Assembly (NCBI GenBank): GCA_019057865.1
Contig: JAHLWP010000006.1
Coordinates: 32,001 to 96,000 of the forward strand
DNA: 64,000 bases
Source of the DNA: Promethearchaeota archaeon
GTDB taxonomy: Archaea > Asgardarchaeota > Lokiarchaeia > Sigyniarchaeales > SOKP01
Reading direction: 5' to 3'
A program made the translations under genes and the position numbers. The stretch's first letter is position 1. Every line of letters begins with the position of its first letter. The notes under the pieces were generated by a model, which did not search any database, was not told the origin of the DNA, and saw only the letters and a list, made by a program, of their open reading frames with translations. Below, piece after piece: positions 1-10,872 of this stretch.

Positions 1-546
1 AATAAAGATAGAGATAGAAGAGAAAAGATCTCAATTTTTGATGCTAATATTTTTCTAACTGGGATAGATTTCAATATTTTTGATGAAATAATATTTACTA
101 CTCCAGGTATTATTAATGAAATTAAAATAAACAAGACTCATAGAAACATTTTAAACAAAATTCAAGTAGCTATTGAGACTAAAAAATTAAGAGTAAGGAT
201 TCCAGAAAAAAAATATATACAAGAGATAGAGAGAAAATCTATGATAACAGGGGATTTTAATGCACTTTCAAGAGAAGATAAGGATTTATTAGCTTTAGCT
301 TTAGAGTTAAGAGAAGAGTCTGATCAAAATATAAGAATGTATACTAATGACTATTCGATAGAAAATGTATGTTCTAAATTGAATATCCCTTTTTCACCAA
401 TATTTAAAGAAGGGATTAAAAAAATGATAATTTGGGAAATATATTGTCCTTTTTGTAAGCAAATTTACAATACAGACGATTTAAGTAAAAATTGTGAACG
501 ATGTGGATCACCGCTGAAAAGAAGACCTAATCGTAATAAACATTAG
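1..546 (+). CDS. nob1: Nob1-family rRNA maturation endonuclease (PIN + Zn ribbon), 5' end outside window
   Basis: Frame open from base 1: IFDANIFL (PIN strand 1), TTPGIINEI, LSREDKDLLALA, TNDYSIENV, CPFC..CERCG. The ORF-track ATG at 241 is internal. Confidence 0.9.
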   Translation, partial: NKDRDRREKISIFDANIFLTGIDFNIFDEIIFTTPGIINEIKINKTHRNILNKIQVAIETKKLRVRIPEKKYIQEIERKSMITGDFNALSREDKDLLALALELREESDQNIRMYTNDYSIENVCSKLNIPFSPIFKEGIKKMIIWEIYCPFCKQIYNTDDLSKNCERCGSPLKRRPNRNKH

Positions 547-608
547 TAGTGGTAATTATATAAATAAATATCTATATATTTATTGAAAAAGCGATTAATA
601 AACGAGGA

Positions 609-1670
609 ATGGCAATGGGTGTTAAAATAAATGAATTAGTTAAAGAAGTTAAAAGAACAATTACTTTTGAAAATCTCTTTCAAAAGCGTATAGCAATTGA
701 TGCTTTTAACACAATATATCAATTTTTAGCAATAATTCGTCAAAGAGATGGAACACCATTAAAAGATTTTCAAGGAAACGTGACCTCACATCTTTCTGGT
801 CTTTTTTATAGGACTATTAATTTTTTAGAGCATAATGTCAAACCGATTTATGTGTTCGATGGTGAACCCTCTGTTTTAAAATTAGATACTATTAAGGAAA
901 GGCAAAAAATTAAGGAAGAAGCTAGAGAGAAGATGATCGAAGCTCAGGAGGCTGAAGATTTTAGAGAAGCTAAAAAATTTGCTCAGATTACATCTAAACT
1001 TGATTCTAATATGATAGATGAAAGTAAAAAATTAATTAAATATATGGGAATACCGATAATTCAAGCTACTTCTGAGGGAGAAGCTCAAATAGCATATTTA
1101 GTAGAAGTAAGTGATGCTTGGGCTTGTGCTTCTCAAGATTATGATACATTATTATTTGGAGGAGAAAGATTAGTTAGAAATTTTGCTATAAGTAGGAGCA
1201 GAAAGGTTAAAGATACTACTATAACACTTGATATAGAATATATATCTTTATCAAAGTTTTTAAAAAATTTTGGAATTACCCGTGAACAATTAATAGAGAT
1301 GGGGATCTTAATAGGAACTGATTTTTATCCTGGTATAAAAGGAATTGGTCAAAAAATAGCTCTAGATTTAATAAAAAAATACGATTCTTTAGAGAATGTG
1401 ATTAAAAATAAGGTTGCGATAGGAGGAAAAGAGATTCAAATAGATTTCGAATTGATTAAACAAGTAAAAAATATCTTCTTAGATCCAAATATTAAAACAG
1501 ATTATCAAATACCAAAACAAAAGGGTATAGATTATGAAAAATTAGAAGAACTACTCATTGAACAACACAATTTTTCTCATCAAAGAGTTGAAAATGCTTT
1601 AGATCGCCTTAGGAAATTAGATTCTTCTAAGGTTCAAGTTTCTTTGGATAATTTTTTTAAAAGAAACTAA
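609..1670 (+). CDS. fen: Flap endonuclease 1
   Basis: IAIDAFNTIYQFL, TSHLSGLFYR, SEGEAQ, SQDYD, GTDFYPGIKGIG; C-terminal PIP box QVSLDNFF. Confidence 0.97.
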   Translation: MAMGVKINELVKEVKRTITFENLFQKRIAIDAFNTIYQFLAIIRQRDGTPLKDFQGNVTSHLSGLFYRTINFLEHNVKPIYVFDGEPSVLKLDTIKERQKIKEEAREKMIEAQEAEDFREAKKFAQITSKLDSNMIDESKKLIKYMGIPIIQATSEGEAQIAYLVEVSDAWACASQDYDTLLFGGERLVRNFAISRSRKVKDTTITLDIEYISLSKFLKNFGITREQLIEMGILIGTDFYPGIKGIGQKIALDLIKKYDSLENVIKNKVAIGGKEIQIDFELIKQVKNIFLDPNIKTDYQIPKQKGIDYEKLEELLIEQHNFSHQRVENALDRLRKLDSSKVQVSLDNFFKRN

Positions 1671-1758
1671 AAGAGCATGGTTCACAAAAGCAAAAATTTT
1701 TACAAAATTAAAATTTCATTTATTTAATCAAATTAAATTTTCTTAAAATCAAGATAAA

Positions 1759-4002
1759 ATGTCATCAAAAGATCCCAATAATAAGGACAAGGATAGCAAA
1801 AAAGAAGCCAATACTCCCAGTGTTACTCTAAGGGTTCAAAAAGCCAAAAAAAGAGATATTGGGCGTAATATTATAAGGATTGATCAAGAGACAATGGAAA
1901 ATCTTAACATACAAACCGGAGATGTTATTGCCCTTATTGGTAAGAAAAAAAGTGCTGGTATTGCATGGCCCAGTTATCCTCAAGATAATGGTTTAGGAAT
2001 AGTTCGTATAGATTCAAGGTTACAACAAAATACAGGAACAAGAATCGATGATACATTAGAAATATGTAAGGTTAATGCTAAGGTTGCTCAACTTGTTGTT
2101 TTAGCACCATCAAATATTCCTATTAGAAACGATCCAAGATTTGAAAGTTTTGTTAAGAGAAAGTTAAATAACTACCCTATAACGATTGATGATTTTATTC
2201 CTATATCTATTGGAATAAGTAGAGAAATACAATTTAAAGTAATAAATGTAAGACCTAATGATGTTTGCATTATAAAACAAGAAACTGTTGTTAATATAAG
2301 CGATCGAGTAACTGAAGATATAGAGAGAGGTCCTGATTATTTAACCTATGAACATGTTGGTGGATTAGATAGAGAAATACAAAGAGTAAGAGAAATGGTT
2401 GAATTACCCTTGCGACATCCATCTTTATTCAAACGATTAGGTATAGAGCCTCCTAAGGGTGTATTATTAAGGGGACCACCTGGTTGTGGAAAAACATTAT
2501 TAGCCAGAGCTGTTGCTAATGAAAGTGAAGCACATTTTATATCTATCAATGGTCCTGAAATCATGAGCAAATTTTATGGGGAATCTGAAAAAAAATTACG
2601 TAAACTCTTTATAGAGGCAGAAGAAAAAAGTCCTTCAATTATATTCATTGATGAGATTGATGCTATTGCCCCAAAGAGAGAAACAGTTACGGGAGAAGTA
2701 GAACGGAGAGTTGTTGCTCAACTTCTAGCATTAATGGATGGACTTCATGGTAGAGGTAAAGTCATTGTTATAGGTGCTACTAATAGACCAAATAGTTTAG
2801 ATCCAGCATTAAGAAGACCCGGCAGGTTTGATCGTGAAATTGAAATAAAAGTTCCTAATGAAAAAGGGAGAAGAGAAGTTTTTCAAATACACACTCGAAA
2901 TATGCCACTGGATAAGAAAATTTCATTAAAAGAATTTTCCCAAATTACTCATGGATTCGTTGGAGCAGATATTATGGCAGTATGTAGAGAAGCTGCGATG
3001 TCAGCATTGCGAAGATATTTACCAAAAATCGATTTAGAATCGGAAATTATCGAACACGAACTATTAGAACAAATTGAAGTCACTAAAAGTGATTTTGATG
3101 AAGCATTAAAAGAAGTATTGCCTTCTGGAATAAGAGAAGTATTTGTAGAAGTCCCTAATGTTACATGGGATCAGGTAGGTGGATTAGAAGATTTAAAACA
3201 AAAATTAATTGAAGCAGTAGAATGGCCTTTATCACACCCAAATATATTCAATCGTATGGGCATAACTCCACCAAGAGGAATCTTGCTCTATGGACCCCCA
3301 GGATGTGGTAAAACTCTATTAGCAAGGGCTGTAGCTACTGAAAGCGAAGCTAATTTCATAGCTATAAAAGGACCTGAGCTCTTATCTAAATGGGTAGGAG
3401 AAAGTGAAAAAGCTATAAGAGAAATTTTTCGTAAAGCCAAAATGGCGGCACCTTGTATCATATTTTTTGATGAATTCGACTCAATAGCACCAAGTAGGGG
3501 ACGACATACTTCTGATTCTGGAGTGAGTGAAAAAGTATTATCTCAATTATTAACAGAATTAGATGGATTAGAAATTAAAAAAGATATTGTAGTAATAGCA
3601 GCTACGAATCGACCGGATATATTAGACCCTGCGCTGATTAGGCCTGGTAGAATTGATAGAATATTACTTGTTCCTATTCCTGAGAAAAAAGGAAGGTTGG
3701 AAATCTTAAAGATATTTACAAAGGAGATGCCTTTAGTAAATAATATTAAAATAGAAGAATTAAATGAATTAATAGAAGGGTTTTCTGGAGCTGATATAGA
3801 AACCTGGTGTCGTGAGGCTGCTATGATAGCTCTTAGAGAAAATATTAGAGCAAGAAAAGTCTCTTTAGAACACTTTAAGGAAGCAAGAAAATTAGTTAGT
3901 CCAACATTAACAGAAGAAATAATAGAATGGTATGAAAAGTTTGGAGAAAAGCTTAAAAGTAGAAGAATTGAAGAATCAAAAGAGGATCGATTGTTTGTAT
4001 AA
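1759..4002 (+). CDS. cdc48: CDC48/VAT AAA+ unfoldase
   Basis: N-domain plus two AAA modules (GPPGCGKT twice, IDEID/FDEFD, RPGRFDR/RPGRIDR). Confidence 0.97.
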   Translation: MSSKDPNNKDKDSKKEANTPSVTLRVQKAKKRDIGRNIIRIDQETMENLNIQTGDVIALIGKKKSAGIAWPSYPQDNGLGIVRIDSRLQQNTGTRIDDTLEICKVNAKVAQLVVLAPSNIPIRNDPRFESFVKRKLNNYPITIDDFIPISIGISREIQFKVINVRPNDVCIIKQETVVNISDRVTEDIERGPDYLTYEHVGGLDREIQRVREMVELPLRHPSLFKRLGIEPPKGVLLRGPPGCGKTLLARAVANESEAHFISINGPEIMSKFYGESEKKLRKLFIEAEEKSPSIIFIDEIDAIAPKRETVTGEVERRVVAQLLALMDGLHGRGKVIVIGATNRPNSLDPALRRPGRFDREIEIKVPNEKGRREVFQIHTRNMPLDKKISLKEFSQITHGFVGADIMAVCREAAMSALRRYLPKIDLESEIIEHELLEQIEVTKSDFDEALKEVLPSGIREVFVEVPNVTWDQVGGLEDLKQKLIEAVEWPLSHPNIFNRMGITPPRGILLYGPPGCGKTLLARAVATESEANFIAIKGPELLSKWVGESEKAIREIFRKAKMAAPCIIFFDEFDSIAPSRGRHTSDSGVSEKVLSQLLTELDGLEIKKDIVVIAATNRPDILDPALIRPGRIDRILLVPIPEKKGRLEILKIFTKEMPLVNNIKIEELNELIEGFSGADIETWCREAAMIALRENIRARKVSLEHFKEARKLVSPTLTEEIIEWYEKFGEKLKSRRIEESKEDRLFV

Positions 4003-4085
4003 AATTCGTAAAATTAATTTAAAAACAAAAATTAATTACTACAATTTCCAATTTTCTATTTTTAAATTTATAATAATGGTGAAAT

Positions 4086-4361
4086 ATTATCGAAACGCAT
4101 AGATGGAATCAGAATCCGCTAATCAATTCAATATTAGACATACTTATTAAAAATAAGGGAGAAATTTTAGATAAAAGGCTTGAGGAACTCTTGAAAAAAG
4201 AATTCCCTTATGTTAATTCTTTAAATTTAGAAGAATTATTCATGAAATTAGAGAGTATGAACGTAGTAAATGTTTTTCGAGTTTCAAAAAATAAAAAAAT
4301 GATAGTTCTCAATAAACATAATACATCAATTAAGAATAGTGTAATGAATGATTTATTGTAA
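4086..4361 (+). CDS. Small winged-helix-like protein (~91 aa), probable non-AUG start
   Basis: Open frame IIETHRWNQNPLINSILDILIKNKGEILDKRLEELLKKEF...LMKLESMNVVNVFRVSKNKKMIVL-type pattern. GGTGA at 4078-4082 precedes ATT. Absent from the ORF track. Confidence 0.65.
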   Translation: MIETHRWNQNPLINSILDILIKNKGEILDKRLEELLKKEFPYVNSLNLEELFMKLESMNVVNVFRVSKNKKMIVLNKHNTSIKNSVMNDLL

Positions 4362-5888
4362 TTATTTATTCTGCCACTTTAAGCAAACTTGAGCTAATGA
4401 ATTATCTTCAAATTGTGGTTTATATTTTCTTTCCCTAATATCAATAAAAGCAGGGTAATTCACAGCATTTCCCATCAACAACATTTCTCCTACACCCAAA
4501 CTAGAAATCATACTTGCGTATTCCTGAGTAATTGCTTCTGAACTATCCATCAGATGTTTCAAATCATATGGATTTTTAATATTTAAAACCATCTTAGAAT
4601 TACATTGAGAAAGAGCAGTAGTACTCAACTTTTTTGGTCTTTGGCTTATTAAACATAAACATGCCATGAATTTTCTTCCCTCTCTAGCAATCATTTCAAT
4701 GATTGGTTTGGAAATAGCTTTAGAATGAGCTGCTTCAGGGCAAAATTGATGAGCTTCTTCTACAATTAACAAAAAAGGGGGAATCTTGTTCATTCTTCGA
4801 AGATAAAATAAGCGACTACATATATAATCAACAATAATTTGCTTTTTTCTTATACTAATTTCTTTTTGAAGGTTAAAAATTAAAATCTCTTGTTTATGTA
4901 TAATTTTATTTAGTAATGGATTTTCTTGGGACCCAAAGAGTGTTAAATGGTCCAATTCTGATAACCAGCCTATTAATGCTTGTTTTGTGCTCTTATTTCC
5001 ATCAGATTCATTCTCTATTATATCTAAGATATCAGAGAGAGTATACTTACCTTTTTTCTTATCATCTTTTTTTAACTTTTTGATATATTTGGCTAGTTCT
5101 CTTATTTGAACACTAGAAATTTGTTCTTGATACTTTTTGAAAGAATATTCATTTAAATTCGGAACGGCAATTTGAAAGTAAGAAATATCTTGAATTTTAA
5201 CCTTATCTTTTAATTCAATCAAATCCTTTAAATATGAATATTCTCCATGAACATCTATTAATATAATAGCAGGAGTTCCAAAAGAACTGTCTCTTGTTAT
5301 AAGCTCTTCAATAAGAATTGATGTTAAATAACTTTTACCTGCTCCTGAAATTGCGAGAATAGAAAAATGTTTATTTAATAGTCTATCCATGCTGATTTTT
5401 GCATTGAAATTTGAAACTTTAACTTGTCCTACATTTAATCCATGTTCAATATCAAATCCCAGGAATTTGTTAAGGAGCTCTTCTTCAACAAGATAAACTT
5501 CTATTCCTGGACTTGCTGGATAAGTCATTCTTTGAATTTTTGATATTTCTTTTTCTTTATCATCTTTAAATTTAATAATACCTAGACATTTAACAATAGC
5601 TATTGCAAACTCAAACTCATCACTTGGAAAAAGGCCTTTTAAAATGTTAGGATTATTATTGTTATTATAAGCTTTAATTGTTAATGCATCAGAGAAATAT
5701 TCATTTAATAAAACAATTTTTTCAATAATGCCAATTAAAAATCCTTCATTAGATTTTGTATAAACAAACAATCCTTTTCTAATTAAAACTCCATCTCTTC
5801 TTTTATTTATGACAAAAGGGAATTTTGATACATCTGGTAATTGTAAATAATTAAAAACAATACCAACTTTAGTTGCCATTTTTTTCAA
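4362..5888 (-). CDS. herA: HerA/FtsK-family ATPase (HerA-like helicase)
   Basis: N-terminal HAS-like barrel, KHFSILAISGAGKS, IDVHGEY, VEEAHQF, AREGRKF, ISQRP. Confidence 0.85.
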   Translation of the reverse strand: MKKMATKVGIVFNYLQLPDVSKFPFVINKRRDGVLIRKGLFVYTKSNEGFLIGIIEKIVLLNEYFSDALTIKAYNNNNNPNILKGLFPSDEFEFAIAIVKCLGIIKFKDDKEKEISKIQRMTYPASPGIEVYLVEEELLNKFLGFDIEHGLNVGQVKVSNFNAKISMDRLLNKHFSILAISGAGKSYLTSILIEELITRDSSFGTPAIILIDVHGEYSYLKDLIELKDKVKIQDISYFQIAVPNLNEYSFKKYQEQISSVQIRELAKYIKKLKKDDKKKGKYTLSDILDIIENESDGNKSTKQALIGWLSELDHLTLFGSQENPLLNKIIHKQEILIFNLQKEISIRKKQIIVDYICSRLFYLRRMNKIPPFLLIVEEAHQFCPEAAHSKAISKPIIEMIAREGRKFMACLCLISQRPKKLSTTALSQCNSKMVLNIKNPYDLKHLMDSSEAITQEYASMISSLGVGEMLLMGNAVNYPAFIDIRERKYKPQFEDNSLAQVCLKWQNK

Positions 5889-6039
5889 AATGCGGTGGTG
5901 GGTTTATTGGGAAAAGTATACTTTGATTTTAATTAAGAATTGAACTTAATAAAAAGGAGATAAGAGCAAAAATTTTCTAATTTAAATTAAAGGATTAAAA
6001 ATAAAATAATAAATTAGTTGAGAATTTCTTAGATAAAAT

Positions 6040-6750
6040 TTATTGTTGCTTTTCTTCTTTTTCCAAAGCTCCCATCATTTTCAGAATTATATAATACCCA
6101 TTTTTCCAAAAGTAGATCATGAAAAGTACTATGCCTACAAGCAAGAAGAGTCCTATTCCTGATGCTAATATTATAGGACCTGCAGTATCTAGGATTTCTA
6201 AAAGAGATAATGTACCATCTTCAGATCCGGTTATAAAATCAACAACTATAGCAAAAATAATTCCTATTATAATACCTATTAAGCTAATTAATAGCCCTCC
6301 AGCAGCAATTTTCACACCAGTTCTATTCTTATACTTTTCCTCAAGTTCTCTAACCTTGTAGATGAAATTTATCAAAGAACGTGAAGTTTTCTTAAACAAT
6401 CCAAAAAAGAAAACTAATAGAAAAAATAAACCCGCCATAAGTCCCCCGATTATTGCTATTTGGAAACCTAAATTAAGATGTAAAAACTTCTCAAGTTTTC
6501 CTGTTGGACCTATAAAGATTTCTGTAAGTGTAAAAACAGCTCCTCCTATAGTAATTAAACTTGCTAGCACTATAATGATATAAAAAACTAATGCTACAAT
6601 TTTCTGCCTTTTATTATACTCAATAGGTCGAATTGGGACAGATCTTTCCATTTTATTCACATTTAGTTCTTTTATTGATTTTTCAGTTTTAGAGATTATT
6701 CCTTCAGTTATAAGTAAAATTGAACATAAAAGAATTCTATGTCCAAACAA
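6040..6750 (-). CDS. Hypothetical 4-TM membrane protein (true start possibly ATG at 6651)
   Basis: Four hydrophobic segments arranged as two similar halves. Confidence 0.7.
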   Translation of the reverse strand: MFGHRILLCSILLITEGIISKTEKSIKELNVNKMERSVPIRPIEYNKRQKIVALVFYIIIVLASLITIGGAVFTLTEIFIGPTGKLEKFLHLNLGFQIAIIGGLMAGLFFLLVFFFGLFKKTSRSLINFIYKVRELEEKYKNRTGVKIAAGGLLISLIGIIIGIIFAIVVDFITGSEDGTLSLLEILDTAGPIILASGIGLFLLVGIVLFMIYFWKNGYYIILKMMGALEKEEKQQ

Positions 6751-6862
6751 TAACTTAACTATGCAATTATAATTAAAAAAACAATATCAATATACATATA
6801 TAAAATTGATTATTATCAATTCGATTATTTAATAATAAAAAATAATATAGCTATTTTGGACT

Positions 6863-8389
6863 CTAATTCTGATTTAAATTGCTAAAATTTTTATAGAAAT
6901 CATTACCCTCTAAATAATTATACAATTCATATGAAAGTTTATAGATTTTTTCATAAATTTCATGATTTTCATTATTAGGTATCCACTTCTTATCAACCTT
7001 ACATAAATTTTCTGCTGCTTTAGAGATATCAGGATATAATCCTGCTCCTGAAGCTGCTAATATAGCTGCACCCAATGATGTGGATTCTTCAATTATATTT
7101 CTTACACACGTAATACCTAAAACATCAGCATATATCTGATTCCAAAAATCTGAACGAGAACCGCCTCCAGTTAACATTAATTCTTTAGGGACAATTCCTA
7201 TTTCTTTGAAAACTTCGACATTTTTTCTTACTTCAAACGCCACGCCTTCAAGAACAGCTCGATAAAGATCTTTTCGTTCATGACCTAAAGACAGCCCAAA
7301 GAGTATTCCCTTTGCGAAAGGATTCCAATGGGGAGCTCCTGCCCCTACTAAGTGGGGAATCAATATTAATCCATTAGCGCCCATTGGAGACTGTTTTGCT
7401 TCAGATATCATATTTTCATATGGATCTTGACCTATCTCTTCTGCTACTAAGCATTCAGCTTTGCCCACTTGATCTCTGAACCATCTTAGTGTGGCTCCGG
7501 ATGTGAAAATGCTAGCTTCTTGCACCCAAGATCCTGGTACTGCATGACAGCTACATATTACTCTCTTCTCTGGATCGAATTTTGGTTTGTCTAAATAAGC
7601 TAAAATAAAACTTCCTGTTCCTGTTGTACATTTAATATCACCAAGAGAAACTACTCCTACTCCTAAAGCTGCAGATTGTTGATCTCCTGCACCTGTAACC
7701 ACTAAAGTTTTCTTATCGAATAATGTCTCATCTGTTACAATTTCTCCAATATCTATTCCACTTTCTATTGCTTCTGGCATTTTATCTAAATCTATTTCAA
7801 GCTCGGAAGCGATGTCTTCTGAATATCGAAGGTTATTGATATCAAATAACATTGTTCTAGAAGCATTTGAAAAATCGGTATAAAACTTACCTGTTAATTT
7901 GTGTATTATGAAATCTGATACCAATAAGAATTTATGAGTTTTTTGATAAATATCTGGTTTCTCATCCTTGAACCATAATATTTTAGTAGCAGAAAAATAT
8001 GGATCTATTGTCAATCCTGTAATCCCATAAATTTTATCTAATCCTAACTTAGATTTAATTGTTTCCACTTGATTTATAGTGCGTCGATCTTGCCAAACTA
8101 ATGCATTATGAAGAGGATTTCCCTCTTTATCAACAGGTACTATAGTTTCTCGTTGATTGGTAACAGATAGGCTTACAATATCTGTTTTATCAATCCCACT
8201 CTTTTTTATGGCATTATCAATAGTTTTTTTGATTGAATCCCACCACACTTTAGCGTCCTGTTCAACATAAGAAGGAGAAGGATAAAAGCTATTCCATTCT
8301 TGATAATCACTAGCAATTATTGTACCAGCTAAATCAAAAATATAGGTTCTACACCCTGTTGTCCCTAAATCCAATGCAGCGACAAACAT
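6863..8389 (-). CDS. FGGY-family carbohydrate kinase (xylulokinase/glycerol kinase-like)
   Basis: ALDLGTTGCR, TNQRETI, VWQDRRT, GAGDQQSA, TTGTGSF, GGGSRS. Confidence 0.93.
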   Translation of the reverse strand: MFVAALDLGTTGCRTYIFDLAGTIIASDYQEWNSFYPSPSYVEQDAKVWWDSIKKTIDNAIKKSGIDKTDIVSLSVTNQRETIVPVDKEGNPLHNALVWQDRRTINQVETIKSKLGLDKIYGITGLTIDPYFSATKILWFKDEKPDIYQKTHKFLLVSDFIIHKLTGKFYTDFSNASRTMLFDINNLRYSEDIASELEIDLDKMPEAIESGIDIGEIVTDETLFDKKTLVVTGAGDQQSAALGVGVVSLGDIKCTTGTGSFILAYLDKPKFDPEKRVICSCHAVPGSWVQEASIFTSGATLRWFRDQVGKAECLVAEEIGQDPYENMISEAKQSPMGANGLILIPHLVGAGAPHWNPFAKGILFGLSLGHERKDLYRAVLEGVAFEVRKNVEVFKEIGIVPKELMLTGGGSRSDFWNQIYADVLGITCVRNIIEESTSLGAAILAASGAGLYPDISKAAENLCKVDKKWIPNNENHEIYEKIYKLSYELYNYLEGNDFYKNFSNLNQN

Positions 8390-8391
8390 TT
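8259..8391 (-). repeat. Direct repeat copy 1: 5' end of FGGY kinase (133 bp)
   Basis: Matches 9817-9949 with 2 substitutions. Confidence 0.95.
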
Positions 8392-8486
8392 TTATAACTC
8401 TTATGTCTTAAATTTCTAAAAATATATTTAATTATAAATAGAGTATTAATAAAAAAGTTATCCTTCAATAGATTGATAATTCTGGT

Positions 8487-8960
8487 TTAAAAATTAAAAA
8501 AAGAATTCACTTCATTTTTTATAAAATCTTTAATTCTATTCGGTCTGTTCATTTTCGGGCAGATCCAATATGGAAATTCAAAAAAGATAATTCCATTATG
8601 GTAGAGAAGATAGATTTTAAGAAGATCATTAATTATACCATTTAAAAACGAATCTAGTTCATTAATATTTTTATGAAAATAATTCGGAAAAATATAATGC
8701 TGAATTCCATTATATTCGAATGTTATCCATATGAAATTTTCGCTATGATAATTAAAGGGGGTATTAATTTCACGCTCAAGAAGAAAAATTTTATTATTTT
8801 TAATGGTAATTTTAATATAACCAATAGGGAACTGAATTTTTATTAGTTTTGAATCAATTTTCGTATAATCATCTTTAATTTTATCAACAATCTTCTGAAT
8901 TTGGAAAGCATCGAAAAGTTAAAATATGATGGATATCATTACTCTGATATATATTATAAT
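8487..8960 (-). pseudogene. Frameshifted Vsr/DUF559-like PD-(D/E)XK endonuclease remnant
   Basis: Minus frame reads FDAF...ITFEYNGIQHYIFPNYFH...D..K..L...GI..FEFPYW to TAA at 8487-8489. No start codon; apparent +1 frameshift near 8917. Confidence 0.7.
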
Positions 8961-9144
8961 ACTAATCAAGTCGGGTGTTCCTCAAGTAAGAAATCAGTAT
9001 TATACACACATTCAGTGCAGTTATTATGGAGCTCACATACCTTTTGTTTTACGCTTTCCGCTAATTTGCTCCGAAAAATCTTACAGTGTTCCTTTAGAGT
9101 AACATTTTATATATATTTTTTAATCAGAAAAAACATGATTACAT

Positions 9145-9501
9145 ATGATAGGTTTTGTTATATCTCTTATTCTCGCCATATCTTCCTTGTTGTTGGGAAT
9201 ACCTTTGATATTCAGAAAAGTTAAACCTAATCATTTTTATGGTTTTCGTGTGTCAAAATTCATTTTTAAAAGTGATGATATATGGTATGAAGTAAATGCT
9301 AAAGGAGGGATGCATTTAATCATTATTGGAGGTGTTTTAATAGTTATAGCTTCATTAGCATTAGTATATATTAATGATAATATCTTGCAAGGCATTTTTT
9401 TATTCATCACTTTACTTATCGAGGCATTGGGACTTATTTTATCTTTAATCATAACATATAATCTAGCACATAGACTAGCAAAGGAAAAAGGATTAAAATA
9501 A
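9145..9501 (+). CDS. SdpI/YhfL-family membrane protein
   Basis: KPNHFYGFR...SDDIWYEVN..GG signature, 3 TM segments. Confidence 0.8.
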   Translation: MIGFVISLILAISSLLLGIPLIFRKVKPNHFYGFRVSKFIFKSDDIWYEVNAKGGMHLIIIGGVLIVIASLALVYINDNILQGIFLFITLLIEALGLILSLIITYNLAHRLAKEKGLK

Positions 9502-9770
9502 ATATTTTCACTGCAATTTAAAAGCAGAAAAAGGATTCTTCTATAAGAAAAAGAGAAGCAACAACAGATTTTATTTAACTGACTTTGGGTGTAGGAAATT
9601 CTTTCAGATTTCTTTTCAAATTGAAAAAAAAATTGATCTTTCCATAGGATTATCAACTTCCTTTAACACATTTTTCAATTTATAGTAGTATAAGGTTTTA
9701 TTCACAAATTTATTGGACGAAGTACATCTCTTATTTATGCCTTTTCATGTAGACAATTTACTCCAAATAT

Positions 9771-9947
9771 TTAAATAAGTTTGGAGATATTATGAATTTG
9801 GGAAACTGTTGCATCTTGTTCAACATAGGAAGGAGAAGGATAAAAGCTATTCCATTCTTGATAATCACTAGCGATTATTGTACCAGCTAAATCAAAAATA
9901 TAGGTTCTACACCCTGTTGTCCCTAAATCCAATGCAGCGACAAACAT
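9771..9947 (-). pseudogene. Truncated 5' copy of the FGGY kinase (46 homologous codons, then 12 unrelated residues and stop)
   Basis: MFVAALDLGTTGCRTYIFDLAGTIIASDYQEWNSFYPSPSYVEQDA-TVSQIHNISKLI*. Confidence 0.9.
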
Positions 9948-9949
9948 TT
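9817..9949 (-). repeat. Direct repeat copy 2: 5' end of FGGY kinase
   Basis: Matches 8259-8391, offset 1558 bp. Confidence 0.95.
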
Positions 9950-10045
9950 ACTTCAAATCTCTTTAATTAAACTTTTTTATAAAATTAATTTAACAATATT
10001 CTTATAAGGATACTTATTAATGCGTTCTTTTAATAAGTTTATGAT

Positions 10046-10747
10046 TTAACTACTTTTATATCCACAACGAGGACAGACTAACCTACCAAAGCCTACACTA
10101 TAATCCTTAAGTTCCTTCATTAATTCATTACAAATAGGACATAATTTATTTGACAATTTTGGTTTATAAGATGGGAACCAAGCCCCTTCAATATTAGGCA
10201 TATTCTTTAACATCTCTACATACTTTAATTTATCAATATAATTCTTATCAACTTGAAAAAGTTGTTGTTCCTCTGCGATTGATTTACCCATTGGTGCTAA
10301 TATCACTAAAAATTTAATATTTGAAGGATTATTTAAAAGAGAAAGAGTTTTTAATATTGCTCCTTCTTTGTGTTCAGCGAATAATTTAGCAAGTTCGGGG
10401 GGAGCTAAAGCAACTAAAATACCTTGAGAATCCTCTCTTTCAGTTTTTTTCACTCTTTGAAATAAAAATTGAAACATACGATTTTGATTATCAAAAGCCC
10501 AAATAAAATTCCAGTTAAAAATATCATAATCTTCATTATTAGGCCCAACTATTCTTCTTAGGCATTTAATCCATGAATAATGATTGTAATTATATACTTT
10601 TGAAAGGATATCGTCAAAAAATTCCTGCTGAATAACTGGAAATGTTTTAAGTATATTTTTCAGGGAAAATAATTTAACTTTACTTAATAAATTTGAATTG
10701 AGTGTATCCCAAGGTGTTAAGGTAAAAACTGTGAAATAACTGCTCAT
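10046..10747 (-). CDS. Hypothetical protein with C-terminal Zn ribbon
   Basis: 233-aa ORF; CPIC...CPRCGY. Confidence 0.75.
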   Translation of the reverse strand: MSSYFTVFTLTPWDTLNSNLLSKVKLFSLKNILKTFPVIQQEFFDDILSKVYNYNHYSWIKCLRRIVGPNNEDYDIFNWNFIWAFDNQNRMFQFLFQRVKKTEREDSQGILVALAPPELAKLFAEHKEGAILKTLSLLNNPSNIKFLVILAPMGKSIAEEQQLFQVDKNYIDKLKYVEMLKNMPNIEGAWFPSYKPKLSNKLCPICNELMKELKDYSVGFGRLVCPRCGYKSS

Positions 10748-10872
10748 ATAATAACCATATAAAGTTCACTAATAAAAAATTGACCTTATAATTAAAAAAA
10801 AGAATTATTAAATAGCAATCTTAACATTTAATAAATTAATATTTTAAAAGTACTTTCTAGACTTTCTTTCTT

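Noticed and set aside
8967-9107. Cys-rich 46-codon minus frame (HCKIF...VCELHNNCTECVY) as a toxin peptide
   Set aside because: No start codon after the upstream stop; cannot be supported.
8901-9224. 107-aa plus-strand ORF from the track
   Set aside because: No motif; overlaps sdpI and lies opposite the nuclease pseudogene.
9530-9770. Possible degraded transposase (NPMERS..FNLKRNLKEF on the minus strand)
   Set aside because: Multiple stops and frameshifts, no terminal inverted repeats or DDE triad recognised; too weak to call a mobile element.
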